A stretch of 64,000 nt of DNA from Haloferacaceae archaeon. GTDB taxonomy: Archaea; Halobacteriota; Halobacteria; Halobacteriales; Haloferacaceae. The stretch spans positions 4,077 through 68,076 of the forward strand of contig JBDGTD010000009.1 in the NCBI GenBank assembly GCA_042217165.1, written 5' to 3'. The notes beneath the pieces were generated by a model, which was not told the DNA's origin, searched no databases, and was given only the letters and a program-made list of their open reading frames with translations. Each line of letters opens with the position of its first letter. Position 1 is the stretch's first letter. Below are positions 55,137-63,818 of the stretch, piece by piece. The translations under genes and the position numbers were made by a program.

Positions 55137-55957
55137 AGTTCGATCCGCTCGACCAGCGGGTCGTCGGTCTTCGTGTTGAGCGCGACGAACCGCACCATGT
55201 CGTCGAGCCCGGAGCCGCGCAGCTTCTCCTTCAGCAGGCCGTCGACCTGGTAGACGCCCGCGGCGTTGACCATCTCTATCTCGACCAGCACGGGCCTGTC
55301 GTCGCCGGGCTTCAGCGTCACGTCCTGGATCGCCTGACTCGACAGCGTGTTGATCCCTCGCCCGCCTTTCTCGTAGGGGATGCGCGAGCGGCCGTACTCC
55401 ATGTCGAGGCCGTCCGCGACCCGGACGACCCCCGCCTCGAGCGTCAGCGGCTCCTCCTCGGTGTGGTGACAGAGGATGGCGTGGAGGGTCTCGGCCTTGA
55501 CGCGCACGGCCTCGGCGGTGTCGTAGTGGTCGCTCTCGCCCAGAAACCGGTCGAGCAGGTCCGCCGCGAGCGGGATCGAGTAGTACGAGTGACGGTCGCG
55601 GTGGACGACGTGTCCGATGTCGTGGAGGGTGGCCGCGAGCGCGACCACGACGGGTTCGTCGGCCTCGTCTAACCCCTGTTCGCGCGCGCCGTTGAAGTCG
55701 GCGCCGCCGCGCTTCAGCAGGTCGTAGAGGCGGAGCGCGCGGTCGCGGACGATCGAGACGTGCTTCGGGCCGTGGTCGTTGTACCCCTTCCGGACGACGG
55801 CGTTGACGTTCTGCGCCTCGAGGTACGCCTCTACCTCCGGGTCGTTCACGAGCCGCGGGAGCAGGTCGTTCAGCCGCTCGTCCGGAAACGCGTGGTCCGC
55901 CGCGGGGTCGTACCGCCGGCCGCCCGTGTCGTCGACCCCCTCGTCAGTGTCGCTCAC
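55133..55957 (-). CDS. HD-domain phosphohydrolase
   Basis: GTG at complement of 55955-55957. NDHGPKHV...ALAATLHDIGHVVHRDRH...LCHH. Confidence 0.7.
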   Translation of the reverse strand: MSDTDEGVDDTGGRRYDPAADHAFPDERLNDLLPRLVNDPEVEAYLEAQNVNAVVRKGYNDHGPKHVSIVRDRALRLYDLLKRGGADFNGAREQGLDEADEPVVVALAATLHDIGHVVHRDRHSYYSIPLAADLLDRFLGESDHYDTAEAVRVKAETLHAILCHHTEEEPLTLEAGVVRVADGLDMEYGRSRIPYEKGGRGINTLSSQAIQDVTLKPGDDRPVLVEIEMVNAAGVYQVDGLLKEKLRGSGLDDMVRFVALNTKTDDPLVERIEL

Positions 55958-56069
55958 ACGTCGCGTCCGGCAACGAGGCGCAAAAAAGTGCGGCCGCCCC
56001 GGCTCGTCCGAACGCCGCCCGGCACACAGCCGAGACATTGATTGGCCGGTGACGTGAGGCCCGAACAGA

Positions 56070-57230
56070 ATGCCCGACAAAGCCGGCGTCAGACAGGTCA
56101 GAGAGGCGTTCGTGGAACAGTTCGGAGGGACGCCGGCGGCGACTGCTGTCGCGCCGGGGCGGGTCAACCTGGTCGGCGGACACGTCGACTACAACGCCGG
56201 TATCGTGCTGCCGGCGGCTATCGACCGCGTCACGGTCGCGGCTGCCTCCGCCAGGGAGGACGGCCGTATCAGGGTTCACTCGACCTCTGTAGAAGAGGGA
56301 GTCGAGGCGTCCGTCGGCGAACACCGGGAGGGGTGGGCAGCCTACGTCGTCGGGACCGCGACCGTACTGTCCGAGGAAGTCGACCGACCGGTCGGTGCCG
56401 ACCTCGTCGTCGGGGGGAACATGGTCATGGGCGCGGGGCTCTCCTCGTCGGCCTCCCTCGAGGTAGCGGTCGCGGGGGCGCTGAACACCGTCCACGACCT
56501 CGGTCTCTCACCGGAAGAACTCGCCGACGTCGGGTGGCGCGCGGAGAACCAGGAGGTCGGGATGGCCTGCGGTATCATGGACCAGTTCGCCAGCGCGCTC
56601 GGCCGGGCGAACCACGTCCTCCGGATCGACTGCCGGAGCCGAGCGGTCGAGCGAATCCCGTTCGACGGCGGCCGTGCGAACGTCGTCGTCGTCGACACCA
56701 ACGTCGCCCACCAGTTGACCGAGTCGGGGTTCAACGACCGCGTCCGGGAGTGTCACGAGGCGACGGCGCGGCTGGACGCGCTGCTCGGCAAGCGGGTTCG
56801 CACGCTCCGGGACGTCACGCCCGAGGAGGTTGCGACTCACGCCGAGGACCTCGAGGCGCCGCTCGACCGTCGAGCCCGCCACGTCACGACCGAGATACAG
56901 CGGGTGCGGGCCGCGGCGGACGCGCTCCGCGGAGGAGAGATCGCCAGGGTCGGAGCGCTCATGCGCGAGTCACACCGCAGCCTCCGGGAGGACTACGAGG
57001 TGAGCTGTGCGGAGCTGAACGCCGTCGTCGAGATACTCGCCGACCGGCCGGGAGTCCACGGATGTCGGATGGTCGGCGGCGGGTGGGGCGGCAGCGTCGC
57101 GGCCCTCGTCGACCCAGCGGTGACAGCGCGGGTGTCCGCCGGGGTCGAACGCGAGTACCGCGAGCGAACCGGCATCGACGCCGACACGTACGCATTCGAG
57201 ACGGCGGACGGGCTTCGGGTCGCCGACTGA
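56070..57230 (+). CDS. galK: galactokinase (GHMP kinase)
   Basis: Galactokinase signature APGRVNLVGGHVDYN; GHMP loop GNMVMGAGLSSSASLEVA. Confidence 0.85.
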   Translation: MPDKAGVRQVREAFVEQFGGTPAATAVAPGRVNLVGGHVDYNAGIVLPAAIDRVTVAAASAREDGRIRVHSTSVEEGVEASVGEHREGWAAYVVGTATVLSEEVDRPVGADLVVGGNMVMGAGLSSSASLEVAVAGALNTVHDLGLSPEELADVGWRAENQEVGMACGIMDQFASALGRANHVLRIDCRSRAVERIPFDGGRANVVVVDTNVAHQLTESGFNDRVRECHEATARLDALLGKRVRTLRDVTPEEVATHAEDLEAPLDRRARHVTTEIQRVRAAADALRGGEIARVGALMRESHRSLREDYEVSCAELNAVVEILADRPGVHGCRMVGGGWGGSVAALVDPAVTARVSAGVEREYRERTGIDADTYAFETADGLRVAD

Positions 57231-57723
57231 CGCCCGGCTCGGCGGTAGGCCTGCGGCGACGCCGGCGGAGTCACGGGGTCCGAGAGACGACAGCGCCAGC
57301 GGAGACGGGGACACCGGCGACGGACTCGCGACCGCCGTGTCGGCGCGGCGTTCGGGCGGAGCGACGTAGAGAGCCCCGCCGGACCCCACGACCGTCGTCC
57401 ATGTCAAACGTTGCCGCCTCGACGGGTGCGCCCCCGCGGAACGACGGCACGTCGGCCTTCGGCGAGCCGGGAGTCGGGACACCACCGACGCAGGCCGGTC
57501 GGGGGTCGGTACCGGCCCCGCAGGAGGCTCTCGACCGAAGGAGGGTATCGGGACGCGCGAGACGAGGCCGTCCGGAGCGGAGCGGCACCCGAACTGGCGA
57601 CGACACCCCGTATCTGGCACCGTTCACCGGGTCTGTTCCGCTCAGACGGCGTTTCTCTTCTCGACAGGTCGGGTCGTAGTAGGCAAAAGGCCTATCACAG
57701 AGTCCGACTAACCGTCGGCCAAG

Positions 57724-58005
57724 ATGCAGGGTCTGTTCCCCTTAGTGCCCGGCCTTCCCGGTGGGCCCGAGTTGATCATCGTGCTGTTCGTACTCGTGCT
57801 CCTGTTCGGTGCGAACAAGATCCCGAAACTCGCCCGCTCGACGGGGCAGGCGATGGGCGAGTTCCGCAAGGGACGACAGGAGGTCGAAGAGGAGCTAGAG
57901 GAGATGCCCGGCGAGTCGGTGGGGGCCGAGGAGACTGGGTCGACGACCACGGCGACCGACACCGACGGGTCCGAGACAGAGACCGCAGAAGAGAAGTCCG
58001 CCTGA
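57724..58005 (+). CDS. tatA: twin-arginine translocase TatA/E family subunit
   Basis: GPELIIVLFVLVLLFGANKIPKLARSTGQAMGEFRKG followed by an acidic tail. Confidence 0.85.
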   Translation: MQGLFPLVPGLPGGPELIIVLFVLVLLFGANKIPKLARSTGQAMGEFRKGRQEVEEELEEMPGESVGAEETGSTTTATDTDGSETETAEEKSA

Positions 58006-58029
58006 CGCCCACCGGGGCCGGACCCACCA

Positions 58030-58041
58030 TTTTTTCATTTA
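58030..58041 (+). promoter_or_regulatory. TATA-like box of the tRNA-Arg gene
   Basis: ttttttcattta, 21-32 nt upstream of tRNA position 1. Confidence 0.4.
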
Positions 58042-58061
58042 CCCTCCGGGTAGCGCCGGCA

Positions 58062-58134
58062 GGGCGTGTGGCCTAGTGGACAGGGCGAGAGGTTCCTAAC
58101 CTCTCGATCGCGGGTTCGAATCCCGCCACGCCCG
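58062..58134 (+). tRNA. tRNA-Arg (anticodon CCU)
   Basis: Hand-folded cloverleaf. Acceptor GGGCGUG/CACGCCC, D-arm GCCU-AGUGGACA-GGGC, anticodon stem AGAGG/CCUCU with loop UUCCUAA, T-arm GCGGG-UUCGAAU-CCCGC, discriminator G. No encoded CCA and no intron. Confidence 0.9.
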
Positions 58135-58440
58135 TACAGAGAACCGACGAGCGGAGCGAGCCGGCGCAGTTCCACCCGGCGCGCCCTGCGGGGCGACGAC
58201 CTCTCTTTCCGGATCGTGTTGTCGCTATCGAAGACGGTCGTTCGAGACGCTCTGGCGCCGAGACCGACCCGGTCCCCGGGTTCGACCCGCGAAAGGCTGC
58301 TCTCTCTCGTCAGCAGCCGACCCCAGTATTCGCCGGGAAAAGCCGGTATATTCGTCTCGGGACGCTAGACGGGTACAGACGACCGACGGATCTCTCGACG
58401 GACCTATCTTCGCGGCGCGGGACTGGCGGCGACAGCATCG

Positions 58441-59382
58441 GTGGCGGGCTGTGCCGGGGTCGGCGGCGGGAGCGACGAGTTGACAGTCGCGCACATGCCG
58501 ATCTTCCCGGACCTCCAGTACTACGTGATGGAGGCAGAGGGGTATTTCGGAGAGATCGACGCGACGATCGACGGCCGCGAGTTCACCGACGGCCCGGCGA
58601 TCATCCAGGCGTACGGCGGCGGCGGGATCGACATCGCGATGTTCGGGATCGTCCCCTCGATGATCGTCATCGACCGGGGGCTACCGGCGAAGGTGACCGC
58701 GTCGAACATCGTCGAGCCGATGGCGATCCTGGCCCACGAGGACCTGGAGTCGCTGTGGCAGGACCACGGCGCCGACGCGTTCGACGTCTGGCGGGAACAG
58801 AAGGGCCGCCGGTCCCGGTTCGGCACCTTCCCACAGGGGTCGGTGCCGGACGTCCTCCTGCGGTACTGGCTCCAGCAGGAGGGCGTCTCGGCGGAGTCGG
58901 TCGAGATCGTCGAGATCGGCGGCGCGAACGCCGTCTGGCAGGCGACCGCAAACGGCGAGATCGACGGCTCGTCGATCATGGAGCCCGTGCCGACGCGGGC
59001 CGCTGCCGCGGACGTCCCGATCGGAATCTTCCGCACCGCGGCCGAGGTGATGCCCGGGCAGCCCGCCGCGGTGACGCTGATGAGCGACGAGGTCCGCTCG
59101 TCGCCGCTCGCCGGGCAGTTCCTCGAGGGGCACGTCCGCGCGACCGAGTTCATCCAGGGGAACCCGGACCGGACGGCGACGATCGTCGAAGAGGGAATCG
59201 GGATGAGCGCGGACCTCGCCGGGCAGGCACTCCGGGGACCGCTGTCGAACTTCGTCACCGACCCGCGGACGATCGAGTCCGGGGTCGAGATCTTCTCGCA
59301 GTTCGCCGCGCGGAACGGGCAGATAGAGTCCGAACTCTCGCTCGACCAGATCTTCGACTACAGCGTCTACGAGGGGCTCTGA
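58441..59382 (+). CDS. ABC transporter substrate-binding protein, NitT/TauT (nitrate/sulfonate/bicarbonate-type) family; its Tat-lipoprotein signal lies upstream of the first canonical start
   Basis: 313-aa ORF from GTG. In-frame upstream codons 58369-58440 read TGTDDRRISRRTYLRGAGLAATAS and continue into VAGCAG, giving a twin-arginine motif plus lipobox, but contain no ATG/GTG/TTG. Confidence 0.7.
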   Translation: MAGCAGVGGGSDELTVAHMPIFPDLQYYVMEAEGYFGEIDATIDGREFTDGPAIIQAYGGGGIDIAMFGIVPSMIVIDRGLPAKVTASNIVEPMAILAHEDLESLWQDHGADAFDVWREQKGRRSRFGTFPQGSVPDVLLRYWLQQEGVSAESVEIVEIGGANAVWQATANGEIDGSSIMEPVPTRAAAADVPIGIFRTAAEVMPGQPAAVTLMSDEVRSSPLAGQFLEGHVRATEFIQGNPDRTATIVEEGIGMSADLAGQALRGPLSNFVTDPRTIESGVEIFSQFAARNGQIESELSLDQIFDYSVYEGL

Positions 59383-59386
59383 ACGG

Positions 59387-60187
59387 ATGGCGGCGGACAC
59401 AGCCGAGACCGCCGCCGAGGCCGATGTCGAGAGCCCGCTGGCCGGCGTCGACGCGACGCGGGCGCTCCGTGGAGCCGCTGGCGTCGCCGGGTTCGTCGTT
59501 CTCTGGTGGGTCGTCTCGCTCGCCCAGCCCGCGTACGTCCTGCCGTCGCCGCTCGTGGTCGCGGAGACGTTCGCCGCGGAGGCGGCCTCGGGGACGATGG
59601 CGACGGCGCTCGGCAACAGCGTTCTCCACTGGCTCCCGGGCACCGTCGTTGGCACGACCGCGGGGGTAGCCGCCGGCGTCGCGCTGGCGTGGTGGTCGGC
59701 GGTCGACGACGCCGCCTCGGGGGTCGTCCGCCTGCTCCGTCCGGTGCCGCCGCTCGCGCTCGTCGGGTTCGCCATCGCGTGGCTGGGGATCAACCACGCC
59801 GGCGCGGCGGCAATCGTCGCCGTCGGCGCGTTCTGGATCAACTTCTACGCGGCCTACGGCGGGGTCGAGAGCGTCTCCGACGACCTCCTCGACGTCGCGC
59901 GAAGCCTCGACGTGCGCGGCGACCTCGAACTCATCCGCTCGGTCGTCGTGCCCGCCGCGCTCCCGGAGATCACGACCGGGATCCGGACCGGGATCGGCCG
60001 GTGCTGGATGCTCGTCGTCGCCGCCGAGATATTCGGTGTCCCCGGTATCGGTCGGGAGATCCTCCGCGCCTCGAACAACCTCCGGGTGGACGTGGTGATA
60101 ACCTACATCCTCGTGTTGAGCCTCGCCTACCTCGTGATAGACACCGCGTTCCGGGCCGCACAGCGCCGGGCGCTCGTGTGGCAGTGA
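59387..60187 (+). CDS. ABC transporter permease (NitT/TauT family)
   Basis: Six hydrophobic segments; EAA-like loop DDLLDVARSLDVRGDLELIRSVVVPAALPEITTGIRTG. Confidence 0.85.
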   Translation: MAADTAETAAEADVESPLAGVDATRALRGAAGVAGFVVLWWVVSLAQPAYVLPSPLVVAETFAAEAASGTMATALGNSVLHWLPGTVVGTTAGVAAGVALAWWSAVDDAASGVVRLLRPVPPLALVGFAIAWLGINHAGAAAIVAVGAFWINFYAAYGGVESVSDDLLDVARSLDVRGDLELIRSVVVPAALPEITTGIRTGIGRCWMLVVAAEIFGVPGIGREILRASNNLRVDVVITYILVLSLAYLVIDTAFRAAQRRALVWQ

Positions 60188-60966
60188 GCCGAGCGCCCGG
60201 ACCGAACCCGGGTGAACAGACCGGCACCCCCCGGGTCAGCGTCGAGGGCGTCGACAAGTAGTACGACGGCGCCCGTGGGACGGTCCAGGCGCTCGAGGGC
60301 GTCTCGTTCGACGTCGCGGACGGCGAGCTCGTCTGTATCGTCGGCCCCTCCGGCTGCGGGAAGAGCACGCTCTTCCGGATCATCGCCGGGCTCGAGCCGC
60401 CGACCGGCGGACGGGTTCGGCTCGACGGGGTGACGCTCGACGGCCCCACGACCGACCTCGGCCTGGTGTTTCAGGAGTACCACCTGTTCCCGTGGCTCAC
60501 CGTCGCGGACAACGTCGGGTTCGGACCGGACCACGCGGAGATGGACCGGGACAGGCGCGACGCCCGGGTCCGGGAGCTGATAGACCTCGTCGGCCTCGCG
60601 GGCTCGGCGGACAGTTACCCGCGCGACCTCTCCGGCGGGATGAAACAGCGGGTCGCACTCGCTCGTGCCCTCGCGATGGACCCTGGCCTCCTCCTGATGG
60701 ACGAGCCGTTCGGCGCGGTGGACGCCCAGACCAAGCGGATGTTACAGGACGAACTGCTCGACATCTGGGCCGAGACGGGCAAGACGGTCCTGTTCGTCAC
60801 CCACGACGTGGAAGAGGCGGTCCGACTGGCCGACCGCGTGCTGGTGATGGCCGCCGACCCCGGCCGGATCGAGACCGTGGTCGACGTCGACCTCCCGCGG
60901 CCACGCTCGCGGACGGACGAGGCGTTCGGCGCGGTCTACGAACGGGTCCTCGGCCTGATCGAGTAG
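60184..60966 (+). pseudogene. ABC transporter ATP-binding protein interrupted by an in-frame TAG (60259-60261) upstream of Walker A
   Basis: GTGA-coupled to the permease stop. Reading frame: [68 protein letters not shown].... Signature LSGGMKQRVALARAL and Walker B LLLMDEPFGAVD follow. The first canonical start after the stop (60430) lies downstream of Walker A. Confidence 0.7.
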
Positions 60967-60997
60967 GGGTTATGTGGCTCCGACGGGAGTCTCCGCC

Positions 60998-61486
60998 GTG
61001 TACCGCACGGGCCACTACGGCGTCTCGTTGCTCGCGTACGCACCTGTCGGCCTCGCACTCGTTCTCGCTGGCCGTCCGGCCGTCGCCGTCGCGGCCGGCG
61101 CCGGGGTGCTCTGGCTCGCGAGGCTCCCCGACGTCGACCACCGGCTCCCCGGAGTCCCCCACCGGGGGCCGACCCACAGCCTGGCGTTCGCGGCGCTCGT
61201 CGGCGCCGCGCTCGGCGGTGCCGCGCTCGTCGGCAGCCGGGCCCTCGGGTTCGTGAACCCGACCGGACTCGCGGCGCTCGCGGCGGCCGTCGGCGTCTTC
61301 GGGGTCTGTGCGCATCTCCTCGGAGACGTACTCACGCCGGCTGGCGTCCGACTGTTCTGGCCGGTCGGCCCGGAGTTCAGCGTCTCCCTGACGACCGCCG
61401 ACAGCACCCGCTGGAACTACGGCCTGTTCGCTCTCGGCCTCGGCGCGACGGCCGCAGTCGCGCTCGCCGCGGTCAGACTCGGCTGA
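60998..61486 (+). CDS. membrane-bound metal-dependent hydrolase-like protein (YdjM/DUF457-like)
   Basis: GTG at 60998: [18 protein letters not shown]...[20 protein letters not shown]...[12 protein letters not shown]. Confidence 0.6.
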   Translation: MYRTGHYGVSLLAYAPVGLALVLAGRPAVAVAAGAGVLWLARLPDVDHRLPGVPHRGPTHSLAFAALVGAALGGAALVGSRALGFVNPTGLAALAAAVGVFGVCAHLLGDVLTPAGVRLFWPVGPEFSVSLTTADSTRWNYGLFALGLGATAAVALAAVRLG

Positions 61487-61505
61487 ACGGACGGTCGACA
61501 GAACG

Positions 61506-61513
61506 CTTATACT
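61506..61513 (+). promoter_or_regulatory. TATA-like box of the cold-shock gene
   Basis: acgCTTATACTc, centred about 29 nt upstream of the ATG at 61539. Confidence 0.35.
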
Positions 61514-61538
61514 CGCGGTCGCCCTGCACGCGGACGCA

Positions 61539-61733
61539 ATGCCGACCGGGACGGTTGCGTTCTTCAACGACACGGGCGGGTACGGCTTCATCGAGACCGA
61601 GGACTCGGACGACGACGTGTTCTTCCACATGGAAGACGTCGGCGGCCCGGACCTCGAAGAGGGCCAGGAGGTCGAGTTCGAGATCGAACAGGCCGACAAG
61701 GGCCCGCGCGCGAGAAACCTCGAGCGCCTGTAG
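61539..61733 (+). CDS. cspA: cold-shock domain protein
   Basis: [34 protein letters not shown] (RNP1/RNP2-like motifs); 64 aa. Confidence 0.9.
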   Translation: MPTGTVAFFNDTGGYGFIETEDSDDDVFFHMEDVGGPDLEEGQEVEFEIEQADKGPRARNLERL

Positions 61734-61752
61734 GCCGTCGCGACGACTGCAG

Positions 61753-61797
61753 GCCGCCGCGGCGCGACCCGAACGCGGGTCGCCGAGCGCCGCGGCG
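61753..61797 (+). terminator. long GC-rich imperfect hairpin just 3' of the cold-shock gene
   Basis: CCGCCGCGGCG-CGACCCG-AACG-CGGGTCG-CCGAG-CGCCGCGGCGG gives an 11-bp outer stem and a 7-8-bp inner stem. No U-tract follows, so terminator function is speculative. Confidence 0.3.
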
Positions 61798-62090
61798 GTC
61801 GGCGTTCGCCCGCCCGCACCCGTCCTGCTCGCCCCTCGTTCGCCACCCGCACCTCGTCGGGGCAGGGGAGTCCGGGGTCGGGCGAGGCGGAACGCAGAGC
61901 GCGCTCCGTCGTCGAGTATTACGTCCCAGTCGGGGCCGAACGCGGGCAGTCGGTGGTCGAAGAGACGCTCGGAGGCACGTTGGTCTCCGGGTCGCGTGAA
62001 CGACGGGGCCGGGAGGCAGGTCGACGCTCTGACGACCCCGGGCATTATGTCCCGCCCTGACGACCCCGGGCTATGGTTTCGGCCGACGAT

Positions 62091-63065
62091 ATGGAGTACA
62101 CGACGCTCGGGACGACCGGGATCGAGGTATCGCGGATCTGTCTGGGCTGTATGAGCTTCGGCGACCCCGACTGGCGCGACTGGGTCCTCCCGCCGGAGGA
62201 GGGCCACGACCTCGTCGAGCGCGCCCTCGAACTCGGAATCACGTTCTTCGACACCGCGAACATGTACTCGAAAGGCGAGTCCGAGCGGGTGCTGGGCGAG
62301 GCCCTGGCCGGCCGACGCGACGAGACGGTCGTCGCCACGAAAGGCTACTTCCAGATGGACGAGGACAACCCCCACTCGGGGGGGCTCTCGCGGAAGGCGC
62401 TCCGGCAGGAACTCGCCGCGAGCGTCGAGCGTCTCGGCGGCGAACCGGTCGACCTCTACCAGGTCCACCGGATGGACGACGCGGTGGCCCCCGAACACCT
62501 GCTGCGCACCCTCGACGACGCCGTGCGGGACGGAACGGTCCACCACGTCGGCGCGTCGTCGATGTGGGCACACCAGCTGGCAGAGACACTCGACGTCGCC
62601 GAGCGCGAGGGGCTGGAGCCGTTCGTCTCGATGCAGGACCACTACAACCTCGTCTACCGCGAGGGCGAGCGCGAGACGTTCCCGCTCTGTGACCGCGAGG
62701 ACCTCGCGGTCCTGCCGTGGTCGCCGCTCGCCCGGGGCTACCTCGCCCGGCCCGACGAGGCGGTCGAACGGACGACGCGCGGCGAGACCGAGACCCGCCT
62801 CTACCAGCACCCTTACCGCGAGCGCGGCGGTCCCGCGGTGAACGAGCGGGTCGAACGGCTCGCCGACGAGAAGGGCGTGAAGATGGCCCAGATCGCGCTC
62901 AGGTGGACGCTCTCGAAGGAGTTCGTCACCGCACCCATCGTCGGAACGACGTCGGTCGAACACCTGGAGGACGCCGTGGAGGCTCTGACGATAGAGCTGA
63001 GCGACTCGGACGTCGAGTGGCTCGAGGAGCCGTACGAGGCCGTTCGGGTGTCGGGACACGTCTGA
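62091..63065 (+). CDS. aldo/keto reductase
   Basis: MEYTTLGTTGIEVSRICLGCMSFG...FFDTANMYSKGESE...LYQVHRMD...; ATG at 62091 preferred. Confidence 0.85.
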   Translation: MEYTTLGTTGIEVSRICLGCMSFGDPDWRDWVLPPEEGHDLVERALELGITFFDTANMYSKGESERVLGEALAGRRDETVVATKGYFQMDEDNPHSGGLSRKALRQELAASVERLGGEPVDLYQVHRMDDAVAPEHLLRTLDDAVRDGTVHHVGASSMWAHQLAETLDVAEREGLEPFVSMQDHYNLVYREGERETFPLCDREDLAVLPWSPLARGYLARPDEAVERTTRGETETRLYQHPYRERGGPAVNERVERLADEKGVKMAQIALRWTLSKEFVTAPIVGTTSVEHLEDAVEALTIELSDSDVEWLEEPYEAVRVSGHV

Positions 63066-63096
63066 GCGGACCGCGACGGAGACGCCGGCGGTGAGC

Positions 63097-63744
63097 CTAC
63101 AGCGCGCGCTCGATGGCGGTCCGGAGCCCCTCGACGGTCGGGGACACCGACTGCCCGTTCACGAAGGTACTCGGCGTCCCGGAGACGCCCATCTCCGCTC
63201 CTCGCTCGCGGTCGGCCTCCAGCACGGGCCGGTACGTCTCGTTCGCCGCGTCGGTCTGGACCGCACACGGGTCCGCGCCGACCGTCTCCGCAATGTCCGC
63301 GAGCGTCCCGAGCGAGTAGTCGTCCTGTCGCTCGAACGCCAGCGTGGCGAACTCGAAGAAGGCGGCGTCGCCGACGGTGTCCTGGACGCCCCGGGCGGCG
63401 CTCGCGACCCACCACGACCAGCGCTCGTCGACGGGGATAGGGAAGTCGTGGTGTTCGTACCTGACCCGTCCCGGCTCGAGATACTCCGACGCGACCGTCG
63501 GGTAGACGTTCAGGTGGTAGTCCCGACAGTGCGGACAGGCGAAATCCTCGAACGCCACCACCGTCACGTCGGCGCCGGGGTCGCCCGCGACCGGCGGCGA
63601 GAGTTCGGAGACCGTCGGCTCCGACTCGATCGTACAGTCACCGGCCGCGCTCACGTCTCCCGGGGCCGCGTTCCCGGTACACCCCGCCAGCCCGGCCAGT
63701 CCCGCGCCGACGCTGCCGAGTACGGCGCGTCGCGTTCGTTCCAT
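63097..63744 (-). CDS. DsbA-family thioredoxin-fold lipoprotein with Tat signal
   Basis: MERTRRAVLGSVGAGLAGLAGCTG (RR motif plus lipobox); active site FACPHC. Confidence 0.8.
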   Translation of the reverse strand: MERTRRAVLGSVGAGLAGLAGCTGNAAPGDVSAAGDCTIESEPTVSELSPPVAGDPGADVTVVAFEDFACPHCRDYHLNVYPTVASEYLEPGRVRYEHHDFPIPVDERWSWWVASAARGVQDTVGDAAFFEFATLAFERQDDYSLGTLADIAETVGADPCAVQTDAANETYRPVLEADRERGAEMGVSGTPSTFVNGQSVSPTVEGLRTAIERAL

Positions 63745-63818
63745 ACCGGCGCTGTGTCGCGGACGCTTATATTCTCCGCGGAGCGGGTGTTATACGCCTC
63801 CGGCGCGTCGTTCCGTCT

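Noticed and set aside
57401-57679. 92-aa basic ORF (MSNVAASTGAPPRNDGTSAFGEPGVG...RRRFSSRQVGS) inside the long galK-tatA spacer.
   Set aside because: Its basic, disordered-looking composition is atypical for this acidic proteome. Third-position GC (about 71% by hand) is not elevated over the regional GC, and I recognise no motif. I kept it only as one possible explanation in the spacer finding.
58276-58290. ccgggttcgacccgc, about 140 nt downstream of tRNA-Arg, resembles a tRNA T-arm (GGTTCGA). It could be a duplicated att site marking an integrated element.
   Set aside because: Only about 9 contiguous nt match the tRNA 3' half and the flanking stem is not complementary. No integrase, direct repeat of the tRNA 3' end, or foreign-looking genes follow.
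58066-58368. 100-aa ORF overlapping the tRNA gene.
   Set aside because: It runs through the tRNA-Arg sequence and has a basic S/R-rich product, so it is spurious.
60259-60261. Reading the in-frame TAG of the ABC ATPase as pyrrolysine or as genetic-code reassignment.
   Set aside because: Pyrrolysine machinery is known from methanogens and a few bacteria, not Halobacteria. TAG is used as an ordinary stop by several well-supported genes in this same window, for example mcmA (19722-19724) and the 477-aa pilin-like gene (29348-29350). The same operon also has a second lesion. A nonsense mutation or sequencing error is more parsimonious.
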